64,000 nt of DNA, taken from the NCBI GenBank assembly GCA_030390025.1, contig CM059432.1, forward strand, positions 32,242,001 to 32,306,000, in the 5' to 3' direction. Every line of letters starts with the position of its first letter. Position 1 is the stretch's first letter. The notes under the pieces were generated by a model. It worked only from the letters and a program-made list of their open reading frames with translations. It was not told the origin of the DNA and did not search any database. This DNA comes from Squalus acanthias. Lineage: Eukaryota. Shown piece after piece: positions 1 to 12,162 of this stretch. Position numbers and translations under genes: made by a program.

Positions 1-436
1 ATAACCTGTTCAGCTCAAAATACGAATTTGTTATTAATCTATACTCATTGGGAAATGTTTAAAGAATTTTCAGTTGGCTATCTCAATGTAAATAGGAGGT
101 TTCTTCATTACAAATCTGAAAAATGTTTTGTAAAGTGTAATTTGGTAGAAACAGCAGGCCTGAGGTGACATGGGACCGTTAGTGATTTATAGAAGTTGTG
201 AAGCAGTCTTGGGATGACTTGCAGGTACTGGAATGAGTTGAAGTCGCATTGTGCAATATTATCTACAAGCATGCAAAATATTAATTTTTGGGCCGTAAGT
301 CCCTATTTACAGCATCCCAATATTTTATAACTAAAAACGCATCCAAAATCCGGAAGAAAAAATGGGAAAAATGTTGACTGAACAAGGTTTCCAAAACCCA
401 CTTTTAAAATAGGGATCTTGAGTCTTTAGGATCTAA

Positions 437-842
437 AGTGTCATAGCAAGTTACTGGATTAGCAATCTAGTAGGCCTTGACTAGTAATCCAGGTAATGTG
501 AGTTCAAATCCCACCATAGCAATTGAGAACTTGAATTTGTTTATAAAAAAATCAGGAAATAAAAATCTGGTATCAATAAATGTGACCATTAAGCTGTTGG
601 ATTGTCGTAAAAGTCCAACTGGTTCACTAATGTCCTTTAAGGAAGGAAACCTGCCTTGCTTATTCAGTCTGACCTATATGTGATTCCAGTCTCACACAAA
701 TGTGATTGACTCTTAACTGTCCTCTGCAGTGGCCTAACAAGCCACTCAGCTGTATCAAACTGCTACAATCAGGGCAACTAGGGATGGGCAATAAATGTCG
801 GCCTTGCCAGCTCATGCCCACATCATGAGAATTTATAAAGAA
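437..842 (+). mobile_element. Bipartite tRNA-headed SINE (5' head plus 3' tail of the Zenon-like LINE)
   Basis: B-box-like GAGTTCAAATCCC near 500. The body matches the 5' region of the LINE at 36110-37590, and the 3' end GGGCAACTAGGGATGGGCAATAAATG...GCCCACATC matches that LINE's tail. Confidence 0.8.
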
Positions 843-1141
843 AAAGTCCCTGTTTGGGAAAAATTTAGCAAACATCATCGGTGCAAAGGCTACCTGTTTC
901 CATAATCTTCCATGTGCATTTCCAGGCACAGACAGGAAACGTAGAGGGAATGGGGTCAAGGAGTCACAGTGACAATAGAAGGGAAATGTTTGAGTTGGTA
1001 GAGAACATCTGATTATAATCTAACTCCACAGCAAGGGAGGGCAAGTCTACGGATGCTCATTTTTGAGTGTTGTTTTTCACTGAGGTAATTCAGACAGCTG
1101 AATGGGGAACCTTGAGTAAAAAAATGATACCTGATATGGCG

Positions 1142-1470
1142 ATGTCAAAGGTCAAAGAACAGAGGTCGACGGTGATAACCATACTCACAGCATTGGATTT
1201 TAGAAAACGGTTTTACAGGGTTTTTAAAAAATATCTTCAGCAGCTTCTTGTTGTTTTAGAAGATTTTATTGAGTGTCACCATTATGGAGGAACCATGTTC
1301 TGGCTAAGAAGCAAATGGGAATGTCAAAGGTCAAAGATCAGTGGTCAGTGGTGATAACCAAAATCAAAGCAAATGGATTCTAGAAATTGCTTTTACAGGA
1401 TTCTAATTTTTTTTTAGCTTCTTGTCAGTTTAGATGATTTTAATGCGAGTCACCATCGCGGAGAGAACTG
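1142..1470. repeat. Diverged tandem duplication, ~180 bp period
   Basis: ATGTCAAAGGTCAAAGA...GGTGATAACCA...TTTTACAGG...AGCTTCTTGT...GTCACCAT occurs from 1142 and again from 1321. Confidence 0.75.
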
Positions 1471-1549
1471 AGAAGCAAAATTCTGTCTTTATTTTGCTGT
1501 TCCAAAGAAGCTTCCTGTTTGTCAATTTGTTCTTTTTTTATAGTCATAT

Positions 1550-2290
1550 TTCCTCAGTATCAGCCCCTGTACTACAGCACACTCTAGGTAAAGAAAAACT
1601 ATTCACTCCCATCTCTTACCATGTTTGTCTCAGTGTCAGCTCCCGTACATGTACAGTGCACACTGGGTAAAAGGGACCAATTCACCTTCGTCTGGTACTG
1701 TACAGCTTGTGTTTCTCAGTTTCAGCTCCTGTACATATACAGTACACAGCGGATAAAAGGGAACGATTCACTCCCGTCTGGTACTGTACATTTTGTGTGT
1801 GTTTCAGTGTCAGCCCCTGTACTTGTACAGTCTTCTTCTCTTCTTAGGCAGTCCCTCGGAACCGAGGATGACTTGCTTCCACGTTAAAAATGAGTTCGCA
1901 GGTGACTGATGAGTCCAATGCAGGACCTACAGTCTCTGTCACAGGTGGGGCAGACGGTGGTTGAAGGGGCAGGTGGGTGGGGTGCTTGGGTTGACTTGCG
2001 CTGCCTGCGCTTAGCTTCCGCTTGCTCCCGGCGAAGCGACTCGAGGTATTCGGTGCCTTCCCGGATGCTTCTCCTCCACTTTGTGCGGTCTTGGGCCAGG
2101 GATTCCCAGGTGTCGGTGGGGATGTTACACTTTTTCAAGGAGGCTTTGGCATGTGAAGTACACATCAAGTAAAAGAGAATGATTCATTCCTGTCTGCTAC
2201 TATACTGCTTGTGTCTTTCTCAGTGTACAGGACACACGGGGTAAAAGGGAACAATTCACTCCTATCTGGTACTGTACAGCTTGTGAAAAA
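1550..2290. repeat. Degenerate ~80-bp tandem repeat interrupted by an RTE insertion
   Basis: Recurring TCAGTGTCAGCCCCTGTAC...ACAC..GGTAAAAGGGAAC..TTCACTCC..TCTGGTACTGTACA units on both sides of the RTE fragment. Confidence 0.75.
1830..2147 (-). mobile_element. RTE-clade LINE 3' fragment
   Basis: ORF 1884-2168 encodes WESLAQDRTKWRRSI...CPTCDRDCRSCIGLISHLRTH (C-terminal zinc finger). (GAA)n-type tail. Matches the RTE at 28930-32953. Confidence 0.85.
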
Positions 2291-2751
2291 CCTGACAGGG
2301 GTCCGGCTACTATTTGCTTTATGACGGTGCCTGCTGGAAAGTGTACATTTGCCGGGTAAGGGCAGGACCGGGCATGGCTGCAATACCCCCCAATTGATTA
2401 TAGTATTTACGACTGTGCAACAATGCCCCATAATGAATCAGTGGTTTCAGCACATGAGGACAGCAAATTAGAGGGGAGCAAGAAAAATGTCAAAAGGATT
2501 CATTGTTTTAAAAGGTAAATATGTTGTATTAACAGGGTCAAGGTGTAGCAGCAAGGATGATGGGTTATGAAGAGGGAATTACAGAGCTGGTCTTAATTTC
2601 ACTGGTGAAAAGAAGGTTGAGGGGACAATATCCAGGTTCCTCTGGAGATAAGTCCCTCCAATTTTTTGATGGATGATGGAATTAATTTCATTTATGTAGC
2701 ACCTTTCACATCCTTGAAACTTCTCAAAGCACTTTACAACCAGGGATTTTT

Positions 2752-4570
2752 TTTATAATTCATTCTTGGGATGTGGATGTTGCTAGCAAGGCTGACATTC
2801 ATTGCCCATTCCTAGTTTCCCTTGAGAGAATGGTGGTGGGCCGCCTTCTTTAACTGCTGCAGTCCATGTGGTGAAGGTGCTCCCACAATTCTGCTAGGTA
2901 GGGAGTTAGTTCCAGGATTTTGACCCAGTGACAATGAAGGAACAGCGATATATGTCCAAGTCAGATTGATATGTGACTATGTGGGGAACTTGGAGGTGAT
3001 GGTGTTCCCATGCACCTGGTGCTCTTGTCCTTCTAGGTGGTGGAGGTTACAGGTTTGGGAAGAAGCCTTGGTGATTTGCTGCAGTGCATCCTGTGGATAG
3101 TACACACTGTAGCCATAGTGCGCTAGTGGTGAAGGGGGTGGATGTTTTTAGGAAGTGATGAAGCAGATTGCTTTGTCTTGAATGGTGTTGAGCTTCTTCA
3201 GTGTTGTTGCAGCTACACCCATCCAGGCAAGTGGAGCGTATTCCACCACAATCCTGACTTTCGCCTCATAGGTGGTGGAGAGGCTTTGGGGAGTCAGGAG
3301 GTGAGCCACTTGCCACAGAATACCCAGGCTGGCCTCTGACCTGCTCTAGTAGCCTTAGCATTTATGTGGCTGATCCAGTTGAGTTTCTGGTCAATGGCGA
3401 CCCCCAGGATGTTGATGGTGGGAGATTTGGCAATGGTAATGCCATTAAATGCCATGGGGAAATGGTTATGCTCTCTTTTGTTGGAGATAGTCCTTGCCTG
3501 GCACTTGTGTGGCACAAATGGTACTAGCCTATCAGCCCACCTGCATGTTGTCCAGATGGACTGCTTAATTATCTGAGGAATTGTGAATAGAACAGACAAT
3601 CATAAGCAAACAACCCCATTTCTGACCTTATGATGGAGCGAAGGTCATTGATGAAGCAGCTGAAGATAGTTGGGCCCAGGATGCTGCCTTGAGGAACTCC
3701 TGCAGCGATCTCTTGGGGCTGAGATGATTGGTCTCCAATGACCACAACCATCTTCCTTTGTGCCAGGTATGACTCCAGCCACTGGAGAGTTGTCTCCCTG
3801 ATCCTCAATGACTTCAGTTTTACTAGGGCTTCCTGGTGTCACACTCGGTCGAATGCTGCCTTGATGTCAAGGGCAGCCCCTTTCATTTCACCTCTGGAAT
3901 TCAGGTCTTGTGTCCATGTTTGGACCAAGGCTGCAATGAGGACTAGAGCCCAGTGGTCCTGGTGGAACGCAAACTGAGCATCGGTGAGCAGGTTATTAGT
4001 GAGTAAGTATCGCTTAATAGTACTGTTGACGATTCCTTCTATCACTTTGCTGATGATTGGGAGTAGGCTAATGAGGTGGTAATTTGCAGGATTGGGTTTG
4101 TCCAGCTTTTTGCAGACAGGACATACCTGAGCAATTTTCCACATTGTTGGATAGATGCCACTGTTGTAGCTGTACTGGAATAGTTCAGCTAAAGGTGCAG
4201 CTAGTTCTGGAGCACAGGTCTTCAGGATTACAGCCAGGATGTTGTTTGGGCCTGTAGCCCTTGCTGTGTCCAGGTCACTCAGCCACTCAGCAAGGCCAGC
4301 AATAAATGCTGGCCTTGCCAGCAATGCCCACATCCCAGGAACGAATAATTAAAAAACAATTCTTGATGTCATGAGGAGTGAGTTGAATTGGCTGAAGACT
4401 GGCATCTATGATGGTGGGGACCTTAGGAAGAGGCTAAGAAGGATCATCCACTCGGACTTCTGGTTGAAGATGGTTGCAAATGCTTCACCCTTTAATTTAA
4501 CTCTTGTGCTGGACTTTGCCATCATTGAGGATGGGAATGTTTGTGGAACCCCCTCCTCTAATTAGTTACT
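2752..4570 (-). mobile_element. Degraded, 5'-truncated CR1/Zenon-like LINE
   Basis: RT fragments (GVPQGSILGPTIFSCFINDL, ALDIKAAFDRV, PELAAPLAELF) are colinear with the element at 33135-36000, with the same 3' tail. Confidence 0.9.
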
Positions 4571-4627
4571 TAATTGCACTGTTCAGGACTGGATGTGGCA
4601 GTTTCTGGAGTCACTGTTGAAGACTCC

Positions 4628-4942
4628 CAGGACCACTACTTTTGAAGTGGAGTAACTAATATTTTGTAGAACATGCAGTGGCCAATTTCTCCACAGCAAT
4701 GGGATAAGTGACCAGTTGGTTGAGGGACAAATGTTGGCCAGGACATCAGGAGAGCTCCCCGCTCTTCTTTGAATAGTAGCATGAGATTTTTTTAACAACC
4801 TATCCGAAAGGAAGCACCTCAAGCAACACAGTACTCCCTCATATTCTACTGAAGCGTCAGGATAGATTACATGGAGTGGGGCTTGAACCTTTGACCTTCT
4901 GACTCAGAGACAAGAGAACTACCACTAAGCCAAGCTGACACG
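4628..4942 (-). mobile_element. Deu-domain SINE (SacSINE1-like), degraded
   Basis: Similar to the intact copies at 23722 and 40838. Confidence 0.7.
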
Positions 4943-5654
4943 TCAGAAATAGAATTATTAGCGTTTATAGACCATGGTACACTAGGTCAAACTGTGTAAT
5001 AGCATGAATAGGCCTGGTCATTTTTTTCTCACCCTTTTCATATCTTCCTATGTAGGTTTTCAAAATGCTAAGAGGTGTCAAAAATGAAGATGTGAACAGA
5101 GATTTGGTGGAGCATTAGAGTGTGTTAGGGCAGGTATTACAGCTCTTGTGTCGCTGTTTGTTGTGCAGAGACTTTGTGGTTTGTGCTTGCACTCCAGGTG
5201 GTCCAGGTTCCAGGTGGTCCAGGTTCATCTGTGGAAGGAAGAAAAGAGTTAGATTAGAAGTGTGTCACTGAGCCTTTATCACTACACCAGCAATAAAGAT
5301 CTAACATATTTATTGACAGGAAGTCGCTATGTCAAATAAGGCGCCACACATGTTTCATGCTCAGATTCAGGATTAGAAGATCATTGTAGGCTTCACAAAG
5401 TGGTAAAAACAGAGCTTTCCTTGATGGTTTCATTAGTAAACACACTGCCCAGGATGGAACTGAGCCAACCAGGCTAGGAAAAAAATGAGAAAGAACTTGC
5501 ATTTAAGAATGTACCCAACTTGTTGGTGGAGTAATGTTCTTCATATGAGTCACGGCGAGTATAACACTCCCCTACTCCAGAAATTAATAAAATTTCAAAG
5601 GTGGCTACTCAGGGACTTAATATTAATACACTGCATATATCATGTTGCATCACT

Positions 5655-6230
5655 AAAGAAAGAACGTGCATGTATATAGTGCCTTTCACAACCTCAGGAC
5701 ATCCCAAAGCATTTCACACCAATAGAAACATAGAAAAATAGGAGCAGGAGTAGGCCATTCGGCCCTTCGAGCCTGCCCCGCCATTCAATATGATCATGGC
5801 TGATCCTCTATCTCAATACCATATTCCCGCTCTCTCCCCATACCCCTTGATGCCATTTGTGTCTAGATGAAGTACTTTTGAAGTGTAGTCACTTCTGTCG
5901 TATAGAGAAACACAGCGTCCAATTTACACATATAGCAAGGTCCCGCACATAGCAATCAGACAAATGACCAGTTAATCTATTTTTAGTGGTGTTGGTTGAG
6001 GGGGCCAGTTCACCAAGAGAACTCTCTTCTTCAAATAGAACCATGGATCTTTTATATCTACCTGAGAATTTAACGTCTCCGCTGAAAGATGGCACCTCCA
6101 ACAGTGCAGCACTCCCTCAGTACTGCACGGAAGTGTCAGCCTAACTTATGTGCTCAAGTCCCTGAAGTAGGGATTGAACCCACAATCTTCTGACTCAGAG
6201 GCAAGAGTGTTACCACTGGCCAAAGCTCAC
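5655..6230 (-). mobile_element. Deu-domain SINE carrying an inserted CR1 3'-tail fragment (~5722-5868)
   Basis: tRNA-like head at ~6170-6230 and Deu core. The internal CATAGAAAAATAGGAGCAGGAGTAGGCCATTCGGCCC is a CR1 tail. Confidence 0.8.
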
Positions 6231-6639
6231 ACCCCAAAGGTCCCACGTTCGATCACTATGCTGAGTTAATTGATATCGGCTGAGTGCTACAATTAGCCTC
6301 ACTACTCCTGAGTTAGGGAGGGGAAAATCATTCAGGATATCTGGTCTCCATACAACTCTCATAATTGGTTTTAAGAAAGTGCACTGTGCTTAAGTACAGT
6401 GTCCCTCTCACCACCAGAACAAACATGCCAGTCAAACTAGACCATGCGTAGCTTTCACCTGGAGCTATGGAATAATCTGGCACTCTAGGGCCCCTTCCTA
6501 AATATTCTGTGTGATGCAAAATGAAGGTCCAAGGGGAAAGCAGAGGGTACAGCAGAGGGGATGAGTTTTTCTCATCTATTTTCTCTGTCTCCCCATTTCA
6601 TTTTGCAGGGGTACAGTTTCATTGACATTCTTGTCAAGT

Positions 6640-6925
6640 GGTCATTGTTCACGTGTAAGCCTTGACAATGATTGTAGGCACAAGCTTGACCAAGCTCGAT
6701 CCTGTCCTCACCCAACCTCCGCACCCACACTTCCACCAGGAGTTGTTGGATAACAGTCAGGCATGGGAATCCCAGTCAATTTTACGTCTATCTAAGGCAA
6801 AGATCCTGAGGCTAACTGTAAAACCCCTGATCTCCACCCTGTCCGAAGTCAGAGAACCGAGCATAAATCAGCGAATTGAATTTGGGGACCTTCCTAATCT
6901 GTACGGCAAAGCTACTCATTGGATG
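6640..6925 (-). mobile_element. Old tRNA-derived SINE (unnamed 'GCTGAGTTAGCTGATCTCAG' family), degraded
   Basis: Reverse-complement similarity to the copies at 7870 and 10630. Confidence 0.5.
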
Positions 6926-6984
6926 AATGGGGGTGCATGATTTAAGAGCAGTGTTAAACCCAAAGACTAGGAAAGGACAATAGC

Positions 6985-7525
6985 CCAACCCAGCACTGCA
7001 CTCTGGTCTCCATATTATAAAGAGGATATAGAGTAACTAGAGAAGGTGCAAAAAAGATTTACTAGAATGATACCAGAACTGAGAACAGGAAAGATTGAAT
7101 AAGCTGCTCTTTTCTTTAGAAAAGAGAAGACTGAGGGGTGACCAGATAGAGGTCTTCAAAATTATGAAAGGGTTTGATAGGGTAGACGTGAGAAGATGTT
7201 TCCACTTGCAGGCAAGACCAGAAATAGGAGTCATTAATATAAGATAGTCACTAATAAATCCAGTAGGGAATTCAGGAGAAACGCCATTGTCCAGAGAGTG
7301 GTGATAATGTGGAACTCGCTACCACAGGTAGTAGTTACGGCGAATAGCATAGATGCATTCAAGGGAAAATTAGATAAGCACATGACGGAGAAAGGAATAG
7401 AAGGATATGCTGATGGGGTTAGATGATGAGGGGTGGGAGGAGGCTCGTGTGGGGCATAAACATTAGCAAAGACTTGTTGGGCCAAATAGCCTGCTTCTAA
7501 GCTGTAAATACTCTGTAATACTTTG
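6985..7525 (+). mobile_element. CR1 LINE 3' fragment, degraded
   Basis: Remnants encoding LEKVQKRFTRMIPEL...FSLEKRRLRGD, followed by a CR1-type 3' UTR. Confidence 0.85.
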
Positions 7526-7869
7526 TCACCCTGTGGGCACCAATGGCTTTTTCCAGCCCTTACCTTACAGTGGCTATGACCAAAACAAAATGTCTTGACC
7601 TTGAACACAGGAGGTTTTCATTTCATACGCGAACATGGCAGTGTACTCAATGTACCAGGGATAGGTGTGCAAGTACCATTGTGAACCAAATGTTCAATGA
7701 CTCAACCAATTATGTAAATAACTGTGAGATTCTGAATATAGGTCAAGGTTTCATAAGAATCAAGGTTAGTCTGTTAAATTTTACTGTAGAAATGGGGAAA
7801 TAGTAGAACAGAGTACACAATATGTCAATAAAGATATCAGAACACAAGCAGAAAAGTGTATTTAAAGCA

Positions 7870-8275
7870 TTCCTTAATAGCTCAATTAGTAAATGTACTT
7901 GATGTGGTACTGAGCCACGCAGACCAGGAAGCTCCTAGGTTTGATTCCTGGCTTATGCTGAGTTAACTAATCTCAGCTAGGATAGCAGTAGGGCTGTCAG
8001 AACTGGACTGAGTACCTGTGATCTAGGGAGGGGAGAAATTCAGCCAGAGGTGCCTGATCGCAATCCAGGGAATCCTGCTCAAAAGTGCACATAAGCGGAG
8101 GTTGGGTGAGGACAGAAGCTGGTTTGGTTGCCATGCCATCCCCCTTTCCACAATTGAACAGCCTGCTGCCGCTCACTGTCTGGGCTCTCACTGGAAGAAT
8201 CCAACTGGGCGAGAGGGATGTGGGTGTACGCGGAAGCAACACGCAGCATGGGTCAACCTCTTCAGGAGAGGAAGG
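7870..8275 (+). mobile_element. Old tRNA-derived SINE (unnamed family)
   Basis: B-box-like GGTTTGATTCC then GCTGAGTTAACTAATCTCAGC. Similar copies lie at ~6235, 8560, 10630, 56210, 59230 and 60180. Confidence 0.6.
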
Positions 8276-8734
8276 GAGAATATTGCCCGACAAAAGAGAT
8301 ACGGGCTACAGCAAATAGAGGTGAGCTCGCTGGTCTGGGGAATTCATATAAGACAGACAGAAGGAAATGTTCTTCTTAGTTTCAGGTGGTTCTGCAGGCC
8401 TGTTTCGCAATGACGGGGCTGAGACATGAGCCAGCTATTTATAATGAACTTTACTCATCACAATTTCTCACAGACAAGCTCCATAGAACAAATGGGGAAG
8501 CAAAGAAACTGAATGTGTCATAGCTACAAAATCAAACACAGTGTACACCTCTGGTGGCTCAGTTGCTATGTTGCCAAATGTGAGACTGCTTTGATCCACA
8601 GTCTGTATGATCTAAGCCGGGGTGGTAACAAAGGGGCTATAACTGGCCTCTGGGTCCTACCTCGGAAAGGAAAGTACCAGCCAGGGTCACTATCTACTGA
8701 CCCGCTACTTTGTCTTATGAACGCAGGAATCTGA

Positions 8735-9020
8735 ATACTGGGATCTGAAGGCGAAGAGGTGGAGGCAGAAATCTTGAAGCTACGAGCTGGGGACTGGAAG
8801 CTGGAAGCTTAAAACTGGGGTCAGAACCCAAGGACTGAAAACTAGGGGATGGAACCTGATAGGTGCTGAGGCTGCGACTTAAGGATACGAGCTCAGGCTG
8901 GAACTTGAAGAATACGAGCTGGGGCTGGAACCTGAGAGATAGGAGCAAGGGCTAGAAAGCATGGGCTAAGAGCTGGGGATGGACCACGAGAACTAAGAGC
9001 TGGGGCTGGAATCTAAGGGC
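8735..9020. repeat. Decayed ~28-bp minisatellite
   Basis: Repeated GAGCTGGGGCTGGAACC-like cores. Confidence 0.65.
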
Positions 9021-9370
9021 TCACTCGTAGCACTCTCCCCTCTGATTCCTTAGGTTATAGGTTCAAGTCCCAGTCCAGAGACTTGAGCACATAATCTAGG
9101 TTGGTACTTCAGTGCAGTACTAAGGAAGTGTTGCACTGTTGGAGGAGCCGCCTTTCAGATGAGATGTTAAACCAAAGCCCTGTCTGCCCTCTGATGTGGA
9201 CGTAAAAGATCCATAGCACTATTGTCGAAGAAGAGCAGGCAAATTCTCACGGTGTCTTCGCTAATATTTATCCCTCAACCAACATCACTAAAAACAGAAC
9301 ATTTTCGTAATTTATTTAATCGCTGTTTGTGGGACCTTGCTGTGCGCAAATTGGCTGTGGCATTTCTTAT
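9020..9370 (+). mobile_element. Deu-domain SINE, 3'-truncated
   Basis: GGTTCAAGTCCC B box, Deu core TTTCAGATGAGATGTTAAACC...AAAAGATCC. Confidence 0.8.
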
Positions 9371-9555
9371 ATTTCTTTTCTTCTGTTGAACCCATCTGCC
9401 TGTTGTGGTCAGGATCTAAAAGCATGACACTGAATCTTTGGATGAGAATTGAAACTGATACTGTTTGAAAGCAGTTCAGTTTCCTGGAATATGCAACCTG
9501 CTTGTAAACCTTTCTTTATAAAGATAAGAAAAGATTTACCATGCCCATAGTGTAG

Positions 9556-10165
9556 GACAACAACAACAACTTGCATTTATAAAACGCCCTCAATGCAGTA
9601 AAACGTTCCAAGGTGCTTCACAGGAGCGTAATCAGATAAAAATTGACACCGAATCACATAAGGAGATATAAGGACAGGTGACCAAAAGCTTGGTCAAAAA
9701 GGTAAGTTTTAAGGAGTCTTAAAGGAGGCAAGAGGTAGACAGGCGGAGAGGTTTAGAGAGGGAATTCCGGAGCTTAGGGCCTAGACAGCTCAAGGCAGGG
9801 CCGCCAATGGTGGGGCGAAGAAAATTGGGGATGCACAAGAGGCCAGAATTGTAGGAATGAAGAGTTCTCAGAAGGTTGTAGGGCTGGAGGAGGTTACAGA
9901 GATGGGGAGGGGCGAGGCCATGGAGGGGTTTGAACAAGAGGATGAGAATTTTAAATTTAATGCATTGCTGGATCGGGAGCCAATGTAGGTCAGCGAGCAC
10001 AGGGGTGATGCGTGAACGGGACGGTGCGAGTTAGGATACGGGCAGCAGAGTTTTGGATAAGCTCAAGTTTATGGAGGGTGGAAAGTCGGGGAGCATTGGA
10101 ATAGTTAAGTCTGAAGGTAACAAAAGCACAGATGAGGGTTTCAGCAGCAGATGGGCAGAGGCAGA
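9556..10165 (-). mobile_element. L2 LINE 3' fragment
   Basis: Encodes LADLHWLPIQQCIKFKILIL (L2 C-terminus). (GTT)n tail. Confidence 0.9.
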
Positions 10166-10629
10166 AGAGGATATGGGTTCAGAAGCTCCTCTCAGGGTCC
10201 AATAGGACACATAAGTTGCATTCACGAGGACATCTCCAAGATTAAAAAGAGGACAAAAGATGAGATATCATAAATTATGCCATGTGGTGTCATTTGAGAG
10301 CACAGGAGAAGCTGCGGTGAAGTTTGAGTTTGTAGAGGGTGTGGCTGGTTTTCTGGAACCCTATATGAATTGCCTTGTCATTAAGAAGGCAGGAATGACA
10401 GGAATCTGACCTTTCTCTGTCTTATTTATATTTTGTTGCTCTGCAACAGTTGAACCTAGCTCCACCTCCTGTAATACTGACTAAGGGATTGCATTCCTTA
10501 ACCTCTACAGTGCTGCAGACAAGTTGATCTGACTGGGGTCTCATCGGTCTTGGAGATCACTGACTTGTTGACAGTGCACCTCTCTGCTTGGCATTTCAAG
10601 TATATCTGGTAACAGATAAAGGGACCACG

Positions 10630-10870
10630 CAGTACAGTGCTGAGCCATAGAAACCAGTGGGGCCCAGATTCAATTCTCAGTCTATGCTGAGTTAACTGAT
10701 CTCAGGTTGAGGAAAGGTTCAGGTGCTACAGTTGGCCTCAGCACCCCCACTCCAGATAAGGCGGAAAAAAATAATAACTATCCAGAAACGCCTACTGGAA
10801 AAAGCTCGGTCATGTGGATGTTGGTTGAGAACAGGATTAGGCTTGGCTGTGATGCTCTCCATGGTCGAAT
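10630..10870 (+). mobile_element. Old tRNA-derived SINE (unnamed family)
   Basis: GCTGAGTTAACTGATCTCAG...TTGGCCTCAGCACCCC...GGCTGTGATGC shared with the 7870 copy. Confidence 0.6.
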
Positions 10871-11314
10871 GCCTCCAACACTTCAATGGAAAAGAACATT
10901 TTTTTGCTTTAAATGAAGACCAATTTTGTCCTCCATGTGTTTCTGTGACTGTCCTTTCCACTATTTTATTAAAGGCACTAACCCATTTAAAATAGAGGTA
11001 AACTAAATGGTTAACGTCCCAGTTAAAATAGTGTGTAAAGGAATGTCACATGAATGCATTAAATATTCGTACACTCATTTCACAGAAAGTCATTTCTAAG
11101 CAATAGCGGAGATATTGGCCAGCAGCCTGATTTCCTTTCCTTCAGGCGTTTTAACTTTAAGCAAACCACAGCTTGGAAGATTTGATCTAAAAGAATTCCA
11201 TCTCAGAAAGCATGGATTTCGGGCCTGAAAAGAATTTTCCCTTGCGGTTATTTGGTTTTCCCAGGAGGATGACCACCGAAGGAACAATATACCAGCTCCA
11301 TGTTCACTGTCATA

Positions 11315-12151
11315 GGGGGCGATTTTTTCAATGGGGGCGCGTTGGAGGCGGGACTGCTGCTTGTCGGGTTTCAGTCCCGCCTCCATCGACTTGTGGCCAA
11401 CCCACACTATTTTCCCTTGATTGACCTTGTTAGGCCCGCCCAGCAGGCTTAGCAAGTCAATTAAGGGGACGTCGGTTACAGAGAATGTCAGTGTATGACG
11501 TTTCATCTGTCAAAAATTTTTGACAGATGAATTGTCATCGTTTGACAGCTCTATGAAGCTGTCAAACACTGACATTCTCTGTTGTTTGATGAGTTCTTGT
11601 AATCAAGACTCAACAAACCTCTTTTGTGAGCAGAAATTAGCAGCAGCAGCCATCTGTCATCTCTGCCGGTGAGATGCGAGAGTCTCCACATCCCCAACGG
11701 TTGAAGGTTGCAGGAAGAAACAAAGGTAAGTAAACATTTTCTATCACTTTCCACTCACCTCACATACTTACCTCTTCACACTTGCACCCATCACTTACCT
11801 CCACAGCGCACTTTTGCACCCCTCCGACCCCTGCAGACCCACTGCTCGCCTCGGTGACCCTGGCGGGGTTTCCCGACGTCGGGAAGCCCGCGCCTCTGGT
11901 GGAAAAATGGGGATAATCCTCTTAACTGCCTGTTAACTACCTGTTAACTACCTGTTAACAGGCAGTTAAGTGGCTGTAATCCCCTTCCTGCCTCCAGGAG
12001 ATGGGACCTGGCGCGGGTTGGCTACCCGCCTCCTGGGAAGATGGCACGGAGGCGGGTTGGGGGCGGGATGGGTACCTGGCCCCAGATTCTGCCATTTTCC
12101 TAGCAGTCCTGCCTCCAAACCCGCCTCCCCAGGGCTGGCAAAATGCAGCCC
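11315..12151. mobile_element. PIF/Harbinger-like MITE (837 bp)
   Basis: Imperfect GGG...CCC terminal inverted repeats (TIRs), subterminal inverted TTGGAGGCRGGACTGCT, and a 3-bp ATA flank on both sides. Confidence 0.6.
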
Positions 12152-12162
12152 ATAGAGTCATA

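Noticed and set aside
5194..5228. Collagen-like EPGPPG on the minus strand after an acceptor site
   Set aside because: It arises from a 16-bp tandem duplication, the Gly-X-Y pattern does not continue, and I found no good donor.
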